From: Candidatus Micrarchaeota archaeon
GTDB taxonomy: Archaea > Micrarchaeota > Micrarchaeia > Micrarchaeales > Micrarchaeaceae
Assembly (NCBI GenBank): GCA_030037495.1
Contig: JASHRG010000007.1
Span: 22,718-86,717, forward strand
DNA: 64,000 nt
Direction of reading: 5' to 3'
Shown: piece after piece, positions 52,447 to 61,244 of the stretch
Position numbering within the stretch: the first letter of the stretch is position 1
Layout of the letters: the number at the start of each line of letters is the position of its first letter
Position numbers and translations under genes: made by a program
The notes under the pieces: model-generated
Seen by the model: the letters and a program-made list of their open reading frames with translations, nothing else
Databases searched by the model: none
What the model was told of the DNA's origin: nothing

Positions 52447-52875
52447 TTGCCAAACGGAGAATTTGCTGCAAGGAAGCTTCTTCGCCAGAGAAAGCACCAG
52501 CGCATGCTCAAGAAGCCCCTGAAAAGAAGGAAGCTAAAGCTTAAGCAGAGGTACGACCCCATGGGAACAGTGCCCATGGCAAAGGCGCTTGTACTCCAGA
52601 AAGTTGCGGTGGAGCAGAAGCAACCGCACTCAGGCATGATAAAGGGGGTAAAGGCCCAGCTCATCAAGAACCACAAAGTTGTTGGAGCATTTGTCCCTGG
52701 GGACGGTTCAATAAACTTCATCGACGAGCACGACGAAGTCACGATAGTAGGGATGGGCGGCTCGCAGAGGGGCCAGATGGGCTGCATTCCAGGATGGAAG
52801 TACAAGGTTATAGCAGTGAATGGAACTGATATTCAACAGATAAGGAAGGGCAAGAAGGAGAAGCCGAAGAGATGA
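52447..52875 (+). CDS. rps12: 30S ribosomal protein S12 (uS12)
   Basis: KQPHSGMIKGVKAQLIKNHKVVGAFVPGDG...GGSQRGQMGCIPGWKYKV is the archaeal uS12 pattern. TTG start. Confidence 0.9.
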   Translation: MPNGEFAARKLLRQRKHQRMLKKPLKRRKLKLKQRYDPMGTVPMAKALVLQKVAVEQKQPHSGMIKGVKAQLIKNHKVVGAFVPGDGSINFIDEHDEVTIVGMGGSQRGQMGCIPGWKYKVIAVNGTDIQQIRKGKKEKPKR

Positions 52876-53618
52876 AGTTGATGGCAGAAGCGCAGGTCCA
52901 GGAAATGCAAGCGGAAGAAGTGAAGCAGGAGCCGGTGCAGGAAGCGAAGAAGCCGGCAAGGAGGAGGGCCAAGCCGCCTGCCCCAGAACTGGAGCAAATG
53001 CCCAGTGCGCCAAAGAGTGAAATACTTCTTTTCAACAAGTACAGCTACAACGTGGAGATACTAGACCCGAGCGTAAAAAACTATGTTAATCTCAAGCCGC
53101 TAGTATTCCCTGAGACATTTAGGAAGGGGAGCCAGCACAAGTTCTCAAAGGCAGATCTCAACATAATAGAGAGGTTTGCAAATGACCTCATGAGAGGAGG
53201 CACTGGGGGGAAGATATCAGGAAAGGTCATAAGGACAAAGGGCAGGCTGCAGGGCAAGAAGTTCACGGTCATGAGGGTAATAGAGGATGCATTTGACAAA
53301 GTGCACCACCAAACTGGAAAGAACCCAATACAAATACTTGTCAGGGCGCTCGAAAATTCTGCCCCTATAGAGGACACAACCAGGGTAAGATACGGAGGAA
53401 TAATCTCAAACATACCTGTTGACGTAAGCGCGAGCAGAAGGCTCGACATCGCGCTCAGAAACCTTGCAATGGCTACTATAATAGGCTCGTTCGGTAACAG
53501 GAGGAGCATTGTTGACACTATGGCCAGCGAGCTGGTTCTTGCAGCAAAGGGCGATGTCAACAGCTATGCGATAAAGCGCAAGAACGAGATAGAGAGAATG
53601 GCAAGGAGCGCCAAGTAA
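52872..53618 (+). CDS. rps7: 30S ribosomal protein S7 (uS7), possibly with ~42-aa acidic/Lys-rich N-terminal extension
   Basis: The core EILLFNKYSYNVEILDPSVKNYVNLKP...IIERFANDLMRGG...NRRSIVDTMASELV matches uS7. ATG 52872 overlaps the S12 stop (ATGA). The alternative start is ATG 52998. Confidence 0.88.
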   Translation: MKLMAEAQVQEMQAEEVKQEPVQEAKKPARRRAKPPAPELEQMPSAPKSEILLFNKYSYNVEILDPSVKNYVNLKPLVFPETFRKGSQHKFSKADLNIIERFANDLMRGGTGGKISGKVIRTKGRLQGKKFTVMRVIEDAFDKVHHQTGKNPIQILVRALENSAPIEDTTRVRYGGIISNIPVDVSASRRLDIALRNLAMATIIGSFGNRRSIVDTMASELVLAAKGDVNSYAIKRKNEIERMARSAK

Positions 53619-53629
53619 CCGGTGCGATT

Positions 53630-55822
53630 ATGGTAAGAAAGGAGTTCGTTGTAGAAGAGATTACAAAGATAATGGGCGATATAGAGCAGATAAGAAACGT
53701 TGCAATTATAGCTCATGTGCACCACGGAAAGACAACGCTCACCGATTCCCTACTTGCAAAGGCAGGACTCATATCAAAGCAGGTAGCAGGCGACGTGCTT
53801 TACACAAACTACGAGGCAATAGAAAAGGACAGAAGGATGACAATAAAGTCAGCGGCGATTTCCCTGGGGTTCAACTACGGCGGCAAGGACTACATAATAA
53901 ACCTGATTGACACGCCAGGCCACGTTGACTTTGGCGGCCACGTGACAAGGTCGATGAGAGCTGTAGACGGCGTTATCCTTGTTGTAGACCCTGTAGAGGG
54001 TATCATGCCCCAGACAGAGACGGTGTTAAGGCAGTCGATGAAGGAGAAGGCAAAGCCTGTCCTATTCATAAATAAGAGCGACAGGCTGCTCACAGAGCTG
54101 AGGCTTACGCAGGAACAGACGTTCCAAAGGCTGCTCGACCTGATAAACAACGTCAACAAACTGATTGAGCAATACGCGCCTATCGAGTTTGCAGACAAGT
54201 GGAAGGTGAGCGTTGAGGCTAACAGCGTAGCGATAGGCTCGGCAATGAAGAAATGGGCGATTTCAAAGAGGACTATGGAGACCCACAAGGTGACTTTCAA
54301 GGAGATATTTGACCTTACAGAGAAGGGAGACGAGAAAAAGCTACAGGAAGTGGCACCTATAGACGAGACCGTGCTATCAATGATAATAGAGCACCTGCCA
54401 AACCCGAAGCAGGCACAGGTCTACAGAATACCACACCTATGGCACGGCGACCTGGAAAGCGAGGATGGGAAGGCGATGATGGGCGTGGACGCAAAGGCAA
54501 AGACCAATGCAGTCGTATTTGGAGTCACTTATGACCAGCAAGCCGGCGAGATCGCAATAGCAAGGGTGTTCTCAGGGACAATAAAGAAGGGCATGGAGCT
54601 AAACATATCAGGGCAGAACAAGCCAGAAAGGATACAGCAGGTTGGCGTGTTCATGGGCCCTGACAGGGTTCTTGTTGACCACATCCCAGCAGGAAACATA
54701 GCAGCGATAATCGGCGTAAAGAGCGCAAACGTTGGCGACACTATAAGCGAGAATGAAATAGAGCCGTTTGAGCAGATAACCCACTACTCAAAGCCTGTGG
54801 TTACAAAGGCAATAGAAGCCAAGGATTCAAGGGACACAACAAAGCTGATAGAGGCGCTGCGAGAGCTCTCAAAGTCAGACTTCACGATAGAGGTAAGGAT
54901 AGACCAGGATACAGGTGAGCACCTTGTAAGCGGCATGGGCGAGCTACACCTTGAAATAATAGAAACAAAGCTCAAGGACGAGTTCAAGGTGCCGATAATA
55001 TCAAGCGAACCGATAGTCGTTTACCAGGAGACTATAGAAAAGAAAGCCGGTCCTATAGAAGGAAAGTCGCCAAACAGGCACTCGAAGTTCTATGTAAACG
55101 TGGAGCCCCTCCCGAAGAGCTTCGTCGACGCGATGGATGAAGGGACGATAAAGGAGGGCAAGCCAAAAGGCCAAGCCGCCATAGAGGCAATGATAAAGGC
55201 TGGGCTCGACAGGCCCACCGCAAAAGGAGTAGTCGATATAGCAAACAGGTGCGTTCTTGTAGATGCCACAAAGGGTGTCCAGTACATGCATGAGGTAATG
55301 GAGCTGCTTATAGACGGGTTTGAGGAGGCGGCGAAAGACGGTCCATTAGCAAGGGAGAAGTGCAATGGCATAATGGTTAGCATAATAGACGCAACAATAC
55401 ACGAGGACCCAGTGCACAGGGGCCCCGCGCAGATAATACCAGCAATAAGGAACGCGATCTATGCCGGCGTGCTGATGGCCGGTGTATTTCTGCTTGAGCC
55501 AAAACAGAACTTTACAATCAACATTCCCCAAGAATACATGTCAGGGGTAATAACAATGCTCCAGGGCAAAAGAGGCGTAGTGCAGACGATAAACCAGGAC
55601 AGGGAACAGGTCTCAATAATATGCAAACTGCCTGTTGCCGAAACAATAAAGGGATTTGCCAACGACCTTAGGAGCGAGACCCAGGGAAGGGCCATATGGT
55701 ATACTGAATTTGCAGGTTACGATAAGATGCCGACAGAGCTCCAGAACAAGGTTGTAAGAGAGATAAGGAAAAGAAAGGGCCAGCCTGAGGAGCCGCCAAA
55801 GCCAGAGCAATTCCTTGAATAA
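53630..55822 (+). CDS. fusA: translation elongation factor aEF-2
   Basis: G1 AHVHHGKTT, G3 DTPGHVDF, diphthamide loop HEDPVHRGPAQ. 730 aa, no intein. Confidence 0.92.
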   Translation: MVRKEFVVEEITKIMGDIEQIRNVAIIAHVHHGKTTLTDSLLAKAGLISKQVAGDVLYTNYEAIEKDRRMTIKSAAISLGFNYGGKDYIINLIDTPGHVDFGGHVTRSMRAVDGVILVVDPVEGIMPQTETVLRQSMKEKAKPVLFINKSDRLLTELRLTQEQTFQRLLDLINNVNKLIEQYAPIEFADKWKVSVEANSVAIGSAMKKWAISKRTMETHKVTFKEIFDLTEKGDEKKLQEVAPIDETVLSMIIEHLPNPKQAQVYRIPHLWHGDLESEDGKAMMGVDAKAKTNAVVFGVTYDQQAGEIAIARVFSGTIKKGMELNISGQNKPERIQQVGVFMGPDRVLVDHIPAGNIAAIIGVKSANVGDTISENEIEPFEQITHYSKPVVTKAIEAKDSRDTTKLIEALRELSKSDFTIEVRIDQDTGEHLVSGMGELHLEIIETKLKDEFKVPIISSEPIVVYQETIEKKAGPIEGKSPNRHSKFYVNVEPLPKSFVDAMDEGTIKEGKPKGQAAIEAMIKAGLDRPTAKGVVDIANRCVLVDATKGVQYMHEVMELLIDGFEEAAKDGPLAREKCNGIMVSIIDATIHEDPVHRGPAQIIPAIRNAIYAGVLMAGVFLLEPKQNFTINIPQEYMSGVITMLQGKRGVVQTINQDREQVSIICKLPVAETIKGFANDLRSETQGRAIWYTEFAGYDKMPTELQNKVVREIRKRKGQPEEPPKPEQFLE

Positions 55823-55827
55823 CAGTT

Positions 55828-56721
55828 TTATCTCTCCACGTGGAATTCATCGAGTGAGCGGCGCAATCGCTCCGCCGTCGCCTCTTCGTTCCTCCTCTTA
55901 ATCCTCGCCATAATTAGCGCATCTCTTGCTTCCCTGGCGCCCTTCCTTTTTGTATTAATCTTGTGGATAACACGCCCGTACAGGTTTACATCAATTAATC
56001 CCGGATATCTTCCCAGTGTGTGGTACATTGCATCTGAAACCTGTGTTGAAGGTTCTTCTATGGAAAGGAAGTGGCTCGCAATGTTGTCAACAAGCCCCCT
56101 GCCATCGCCAGGCATCATGAAGCCTGCGCCCACTGCGTCCTGCACAACATATATAGGAGGGTATTTCCACTCTGCCAGCAGAGCCTGTATGCCCGGCAAT
56201 TTGATGCCTTCAGCAAGGTACATTTCCCTGTGATAGGCCAGGTATGCCTCAACAACCCTCTCCCTGATCCTCTCAGCCATCCGCCCGGTGAAATACCCAG
56301 CTTTGATCCCGCTGCCAACAAGGAAAATCACATTTCCTACAGAAGGCTCAGGCAGCCTCTGGTCCACGAATTCGCGTCTAGACCTCTCATCAGCACCCAA
56401 ATATGGAAGTATGAGCTTTAACCTGCTAAAAGCCATGCAGTTTTTCTTTGGGTGGGTAAGAAGCTCCAGTAAACCTGACACAAGCTCTCCAACATGTTCC
56501 TGCACGACGCTTTCTTCCAAGAACTCTCCGTATCTAGGCATCGCCCGTCTTAGCCTTGCACCAAGCGTACCAGCATTCACGTCAAACGCTGTGGCTTCGC
56601 TGAAATGCCTCAGCAGCTGTGGCACTGCCGCCACTGCCCTGGCATTGCAGTCGGCATTACCGATGCTAGCCAAGACATGGGCGCCACCACCCTGAGTCTC
56701 ACGACTAGATACATGCGCCAA
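55828..56721 (-). CDS. hypothetical protein (297 aa), no family recognised
   Basis: Long ORF convergent with aEF-2. The plus-strand ORFs over it are shorter and low-complexity. No motif I can assign. Confidence 0.45.
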   Translation of the reverse strand: MAHVSSRETQGGGAHVLASIGNADCNARAVAAVPQLLRHFSEATAFDVNAGTLGARLRRAMPRYGEFLEESVVQEHVGELVSGLLELLTHPKKNCMAFSRLKLILPYLGADERSRREFVDQRLPEPSVGNVIFLVGSGIKAGYFTGRMAERIRERVVEAYLAYHREMYLAEGIKLPGIQALLAEWKYPPIYVVQDAVGAGFMMPGDGRGLVDNIASHFLSIEEPSTQVSDAMYHTLGRYPGLIDVNLYGRVIHKINTKRKGAREARDALIMARIKRRNEEATAERLRRSLDEFHVER

Positions 56722-56814
56722 ATTACTCCACCCACTTAAAGAAGAATGGGAATTTATTTATAGTTAATGCAGCGTTCCGTTTACTGCGACTGCCGCTATT
56801 TGAAAATTTGAAAA

Positions 56815-56825
56815 GCTTTAAATAT
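56815..56825 (+). promoter_or_regulatory. putative BRE/TATA promoter for the L7Ae-S28e-L24e operon
   Basis: GCTTTAAATAT ends 83 nt upstream of ATG 56908. This implies a ~60-nt leader, compared with ~10 nt for other genes here that carry the same motif. Confidence 0.45.
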
Positions 56826-56907
56826 CTGCTACCAATAATACTAGATAGCAGTCTAAGTTCTCATTGTCCGGTAACGGACCACGAATGAGGGAAACTGACG
56901 TGATAAC

Positions 56908-57378
56908 ATGGCAAAATCATATGTCAACTTTGCAGTATCTGGAGAGGTCGTGGCAAAGACCCTGGAAGCTTTGCAGCTAGCAAAGCAGAGCGGAGCGGTA
57001 AGAAAGGGAGCCAACGAAGTAACAAAGAGCGTGGAGCGCGGCCTTGCAACATTTGTTGTGCTAGCTGAGGATGTGGAACCGGAAGAGGTAGTTGTTCACA
57101 TACCAAAGCTCTGCGAACAGAAGAAGATCGCTTACTCGTATGTGCCAAAGAAGGTTGACCTTGGCAAGGCAATCGGTATGAATGTCCCGTGTGCAGCGGT
57201 TGCCATAGAGTCGCAGGGCAACGCCGCAGCTGCAATAAAAGACGTTGTCTCAAAGGTTACAGGCGCGTCTCACCATAAGGAAGAGAAAAGAGAAGCAGAA
57301 CCTGCAATGCCAAAGGAAGAGAAGAAGCCCGCTCCAAAGAAGGAGAAAGTGCAAGCAGTGCAGAAGCCAACTGCATGA
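56908..57378 (+). CDS. rpl7ae: 50S ribosomal protein L7Ae (K-turn binding) with ~35-aa K/E/P-rich C-terminal tail
   Basis: GANEVTKSVERGLATFVVLAEDVEPEEVVVHIPKLCEQKKIAYSYVPKKVDLGKAIG is the L7Ae core. Confidence 0.9.
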   Translation: MAKSYVNFAVSGEVVAKTLEALQLAKQSGAVRKGANEVTKSVERGLATFVVLAEDVEPEEVVVHIPKLCEQKKIAYSYVPKKVDLGKAIGMNVPCAAVAIESQGNAAAAIKDVVSKVTGASHHKEEKREAEPAMPKEEKKPAPKKEKVQAVQKPTA

Positions 57379-57381
57379 CGA

Positions 57382-57630
57382 ATGATCAACATGGCGGATG
57401 AGCAACAGCAGCAACCAACATTTTCAGGATTCCTCGCAGAGATAGTGGAGATAAATGAGACTGTAAAGACGGGAATTTACGGTGAAATCTATACAGTATC
57501 TTGCAAGATAATGGAGGGTAAGGACAAGGGCAGGATAATAAGAAGAAATATGCTCGGCCCTGCAAAAGTCGGCGACATAATCAGGTTACCTGACACAAGC
57601 AGGGAAGCTAGGGAAATAAAGGTAAAGTAA
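57382..57630 (+). CDS. rps28e: 30S ribosomal protein S28e (eS28)
   Basis: EGKDKGRIIRRNMLGPAKVGDIIRLPDTSREAREIK matches the eS28 signature. Confidence 0.9.
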   Translation: MINMADEQQQQPTFSGFLAEIVEINETVKTGIYGEIYTVSCKIMEGKDKGRIIRRNMLGPAKVGDIIRLPDTSREAREIKVK

Positions 57631-57640
57631 TAGTGGTCTA

Positions 57641-57844
57641 ATGGCGAAGTGTGCATACTGCTCGAGCGAACTGAAGAAAGGAACAGGAACGCTCTACGTC
57701 TACAGGACGGGAGAACTCGCGTACTACTGCTCGAACAGCTGTTTCAAGAACCACGTTATAATGGGGAGAAAGATAAACAGTAAGCTTGTCAAGAAAGATG
57801 TAAAGCCCAAGCCAGTGGTCGAGAAGAAACAGCAGATGAAGTGA
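57641..57844 (+). CDS. rpl24e: 50S ribosomal protein L24e (eL24)
   Basis: MAKCAYCSSELKKGTGTLYVYRTGELAYYCSNSCFKN is the eL24 zinc-ribbon pattern. Confidence 0.9.
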   Translation: MAKCAYCSSELKKGTGTLYVYRTGELAYYCSNSCFKNHVIMGRKINSKLVKKDVKPKPVVEKKQQMK

Positions 57845-58107
57845 TGAAGCGCCAGGGACTGCTTGAAAAGCTGGCAATAAGGTCTGTCGACTCAAGGTTC
57901 ATGCGCGTTATCGAAACCATAAGGACGGGATGGAGTGACTACAGTTTTATTTTCTACATAGGCAGCGTATCGGCCATACTCGGCAGCTTGTTCGGTTTGG
58001 TCGGATGGGCTTCTATAATAGTTACAGTTATGTTTTTTTACTATGTTGGCAGATTTAGGCAGCACCAGAAGCGTGAAATGTCAAAAAGAGTACAGTCTGG
58101 GCTTTAA
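57841..58107 (+). CDS. small membrane protein (88 aa, two predicted TM helices)
   Basis: ATGA overlap with the L24e stop, and a 4-nt convergent overlap with the ftsZ stop. Hydrophobic stretches are FIFYIGSVSAILGSLFGLVGW and IIVTVMFFYYV. Confidence 0.4.
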   Translation: MMKRQGLLEKLAIRSVDSRFMRVIETIRTGWSDYSFIFYIGSVSAILGSLFGLVGWASIIVTVMFFYYVGRFRQHQKREMSKRVQSGL

Positions 58108-59216
58108 CGCCCTCTGCTATTGACAAAGTTGCCCTTTCTCATCTCTTCCTCAAACACGTCATCAAGGTCGACGGCCTGGGCGTCTGCCTCCTTGAGTCTC
58201 CGTGTGAGCACTGATTCGTTGTATTCTGGAAATTCCACTCCAGAAACAACAAGCATGACTCTAAGCGAATCCTTCTGCATTTCCGGGTCTATCCTGGCGC
58301 CCCACTTGAGCAGGGCATCGCTGCTTATCCTTCCGGCTATGTCCTGGAACACCGATTCAGCTTCCCTGAGCGTAAGGCTCTCCCCACCAACTATGTTGAC
58401 CAGCGCCTTCCTTGCTGTTCCAAGATTAGCGTCAAGCATCGGGCTCTTGAGGGCATTCTCAAGCGCAACTGTTGTCCTACCGGTTCCGTTTGAGGTTGCA
58501 ATTCCCTCTCCAGAGCCTATTACAGCATAACCAGCATCTTTCAAAACGCTTCTGAGGTCGGCAAAGTCAATATTCACCATTCCAGGCTTTGTTACCATCT
58601 CTACTATGCCTTTTGTTGCCCCGGCAAGTACTTCATCTGAGACGCGAAACGCCATATTTAACGGCAGGTCAGGCGCAACAGAAAGCAGCTTGTCATTATG
58701 TATTATTATTGTCGTATCTGTCATTTTCTTTAGCTTTGAAAGCCCTTCAAGCGCATTCCTCATTCTTACCCTACCCTCGCTTGAGAATGGCAGCGTTACT
58801 ATTGCCACAGTAAGCGCACCAATGTCTCTTGCCTGTTGCGCAATTGTTGCAATAGACCCGGTTCCTGTGCCGCCGCCCAGCCCGCATGTGATGAACACAA
58901 GCTGAGCATCTGCTAACATATGTTTTATCTCCTCCTTGCTTTCTACTGCAGCATCTTCTCCGACTCTTATGTCGCTCCCTGCGCCAAGCCCTTTTGTAAG
59001 CCTCTTCCCAAGAAGCAGCTTCCTTTCCGCCTTTGTCTTTACAAGATGTGGCGCGTCCGTATTCATCGCGATAAGTGTCGCGCCCTGCACTCCTATTCCG
59101 CTGAGCCTTGACATCGTGTTGCTTCCGCTTCCTCCTGTCCCAACAACATATATTTTTGGCTTTGCGCTTTCAATAAAGTGAAGTATCTCCTCGTCATCAG
59201 GACTAAGTGTAGGCAT
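58104..59216 (-). CDS. ftsZ: cell division protein FtsZ
   Basis: Tubulin signature GLGGGTGTGS, N-terminal GTGGSGSN and NTDAPHL motifs. Confidence 0.92.
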   Translation of the reverse strand: MPTLSPDDEEILHFIESAKPKIYVVGTGGSGSNTMSRLSGIGVQGATLIAMNTDAPHLVKTKAERKLLLGKRLTKGLGAGSDIRVGEDAAVESKEEIKHMLADAQLVFITCGLGGGTGTGSIATIAQQARDIGALTVAIVTLPFSSEGRVRMRNALEGLSKLKKMTDTTIIIHNDKLLSVAPDLPLNMAFRVSDEVLAGATKGIVEMVTKPGMVNIDFADLRSVLKDAGYAVIGSGEGIATSNGTGRTTVALENALKSPMLDANLGTARKALVNIVGGESLTLREAESVFQDIAGRISSDALLKWGARIDPEMQKDSLRVMLVVSGVEFPEYNESVLTRRLKEADAQAVDLDDVFEEEMRKGNFVNSRGR

Positions 59217-59340
59217 GAGAATACCGGTCGTGGTCTCTCATATATAGCTCAAAACAGATAAAAAGCTATTGCAATTGATTTATTAGTGGAAATCCGCAAT
59301 GTATTATATTCCCGTATGGAAAATATTAATCGGTCAGCTT

Positions 59341-60288
59341 ATGGTTTCTAGAAAGGGCGCAGCCGGAAGAAGGGTCAGGGACATAAAGCTCAAGAAATCA
59401 ATGAAGGTATCAGAGCTCATAGACTCAATGGAGGAGATGGGCGGCTTCTCAGGCCAGCACATGGTCAATGGAATAAGGATAATGAAAAGAATGCTGGCTG
59501 ACAAGAACTCGTACAATTTCCTTTCTTTCCCTGCAGACCTTGTCTCAACCGGCTTGCGCGGGGCTCTGGCTGGCGCTGTCAAGTATTTCGATGCAATAAT
59601 CACTACAGGGGGCACATTTGACCACGACATCGCAAGAGCTGTTGGCGGGACATACTTTGCAGGCACGTTTGAAGCTGACGACAGCCAGCTTTTGCACAAA
59701 GGGATCTACAGGCTCGGCAACATTTTCATAGAAAAGGACGAATACGGGCTCAAGGTTGAGAATGCCTTCAGCGAAATAATGAATGACTTATACGGGTCAA
59801 ATGGCCATAAGACTGAGTACAGCCCAAGCGAACTTGGCGTTGAGTTCGGGAAAAGAATCAAGGACAACAATTCAATAATCAGGCAGGCGTACTTGCACAA
59901 GGTTCCAATTTTCTGCCCTGGAATAGTCGATGGCGCTTTTGGAACTCAGCTTACGCTTTTCTCACAAGACCACAAGTTCAAGCTTGATGTGTTAAAAGAC
60001 GAGCTGGCCCTTAGCAACATATCATTTGACCAGAAGACCACAGGAGCGCTGATGATAGGCGGAGGGATAAGCAAACATCACGTAATTTGGTGGAACCAGT
60101 TCAAGGGAGGTCTTGACTACGCTGTTTATATAACAACAGCATCTCAATATGATGGTAGTTTGTCAGGGGCAAGGCTCACTGAAGCCGTATCATGGGGCAA
60201 GATAAAGGAAAGGGCAAAGTACGTAACAATAGACGGCGATGCCACCGTAATACTGCCTGTGATGCTCTCTGCGCTTGACATTGTTTAG
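59341..60288 (+). CDS. dys: deoxyhypusine synthase
   Basis: SFPADLVSTGLRG, IITTGGTFDHD, GGGISKHHV and DGSLSGARLTEAVSWGK motifs. The ORF-track start 59299 adds a hydrophobic, non-homologous leader. Confidence 0.82.
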   Translation: MVSRKGAAGRRVRDIKLKKSMKVSELIDSMEEMGGFSGQHMVNGIRIMKRMLADKNSYNFLSFPADLVSTGLRGALAGAVKYFDAIITTGGTFDHDIARAVGGTYFAGTFEADDSQLLHKGIYRLGNIFIEKDEYGLKVENAFSEIMNDLYGSNGHKTEYSPSELGVEFGKRIKDNNSIIRQAYLHKVPIFCPGIVDGAFGTQLTLFSQDHKFKLDVLKDELALSNISFDQKTTGALMIGGGISKHHVIWWNQFKGGLDYAVYITTASQYDGSLSGARLTEAVSWGKIKERAKYVTIDGDATVILPVMLSALDIV

Positions 60289-60380
60289 GTGACACGCTGG
60301 CAGTAACCTCCCACGAAGCGCAAAGGCGCACGCTTAAAATAGCTACAGAGCTTCCAGTTCCTGAGCGCATAGCCAAGGAT

Positions 60381-61214
60381 ATGGAACTGGTAAGAGGAAG
60401 GCTAATGAGCTTCACGCCATCTGATTTTGGCGCAGAACCGCTTTTTTCAGCATCAACACACCTGCTCAACAATCCAGGCAAATGCCTCCGCGCTGCCCTG
60501 GTCCTGAGTTCTGCTGATGCGCTTAACCTGGAGCCGTTGGCCGGATTCATAGACCTTGCGCTTGCTTTTGAGGTCCTGCACGCAGCATCCCTGATTGTTG
60601 ACGACCAGATAGACCGGGATAAGACAAGACGAGGGGTTCCTGCTGTGCACATCAAGTACGGGCTAGAGACTGCTGTGCTAGCAAGCCACGCAGAAGTTGC
60701 AAAGGCGATAGAGCTGGCAGCAAGGTATGGCCAAGATGTTATGGTAATGGCAGCGCATGCTGCCAGGGACATGAGCGACGGGGAGCAGCGTGACATGAAC
60801 ATGCAAAGGCGCGGGCAGCAGCCTGACCTTACCGAATACATTGATATGATTGACAGGAAGACAGCTTCACTAATAGCTGTTTCATTGAGCGCACCGGCTG
60901 TAAACGCAGGCAACAGGCAATTAGCAGATATACTCCACGAAATGGGCATGAACATGGGCAGGTCGTTTCAGATAAGAGATGACATATTAGAGTACACAGG
61001 ATTTAAGGAGAGAGAATCAGAGAACAGCGAAAGCGAAAGGCTTGCAAGACCAAACATAGTGCGAGTTTTTGAGGCTGCCGGCAGGGACACGCCTCTTTCA
61101 ACTGCAATAAAGCTGAACAACCACTATGTCGGCGAAGCCAGGAAACTGCTTGGCCAGCTACCCGACCCAGGCCTATTCGAGGAATACCTCGCGTTTTTGG
61201 AGATAAAGCAATAA
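60381..61214 (+). CDS. polyprenyl diphosphate synthase (likely geranylgeranyl diphosphate synthase)
   Basis: First DDxxD motif LIVDDQIDRD..RRG; second motif FQIRDDILEY. Confidence 0.8.
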   Translation: MELVRGRLMSFTPSDFGAEPLFSASTHLLNNPGKCLRAALVLSSADALNLEPLAGFIDLALAFEVLHAASLIVDDQIDRDKTRRGVPAVHIKYGLETAVLASHAEVAKAIELAARYGQDVMVMAAHAARDMSDGEQRDMNMQRRGQQPDLTEYIDMIDRKTASLIAVSLSAPAVNAGNRQLADILHEMGMNMGRSFQIRDDILEYTGFKERESENSESERLARPNIVRVFEAAGRDTPLSTAIKLNNHYVGEARKLLGQLPDPGLFEEYLAFLEIKQ

Positions 61215-61244
61215 AGCCTTTGGCACACTACTCTATGTGTTTCC

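Noticed and set aside
56860-56889. Bulged hairpin in the L7Ae leader (CTCATT-GTCCG-GTAA-CGGAC-CACG-AATGAG), considered as a K-turn.
   Set aside because: The nucleotides opposite the G-A following the bulge are U-U, so no tandem sheared G.A pairs can form. It is an ordinary bulged hairpin. Only the downstream CUGA/GUGAUAA motif was kept as a low-confidence finding.
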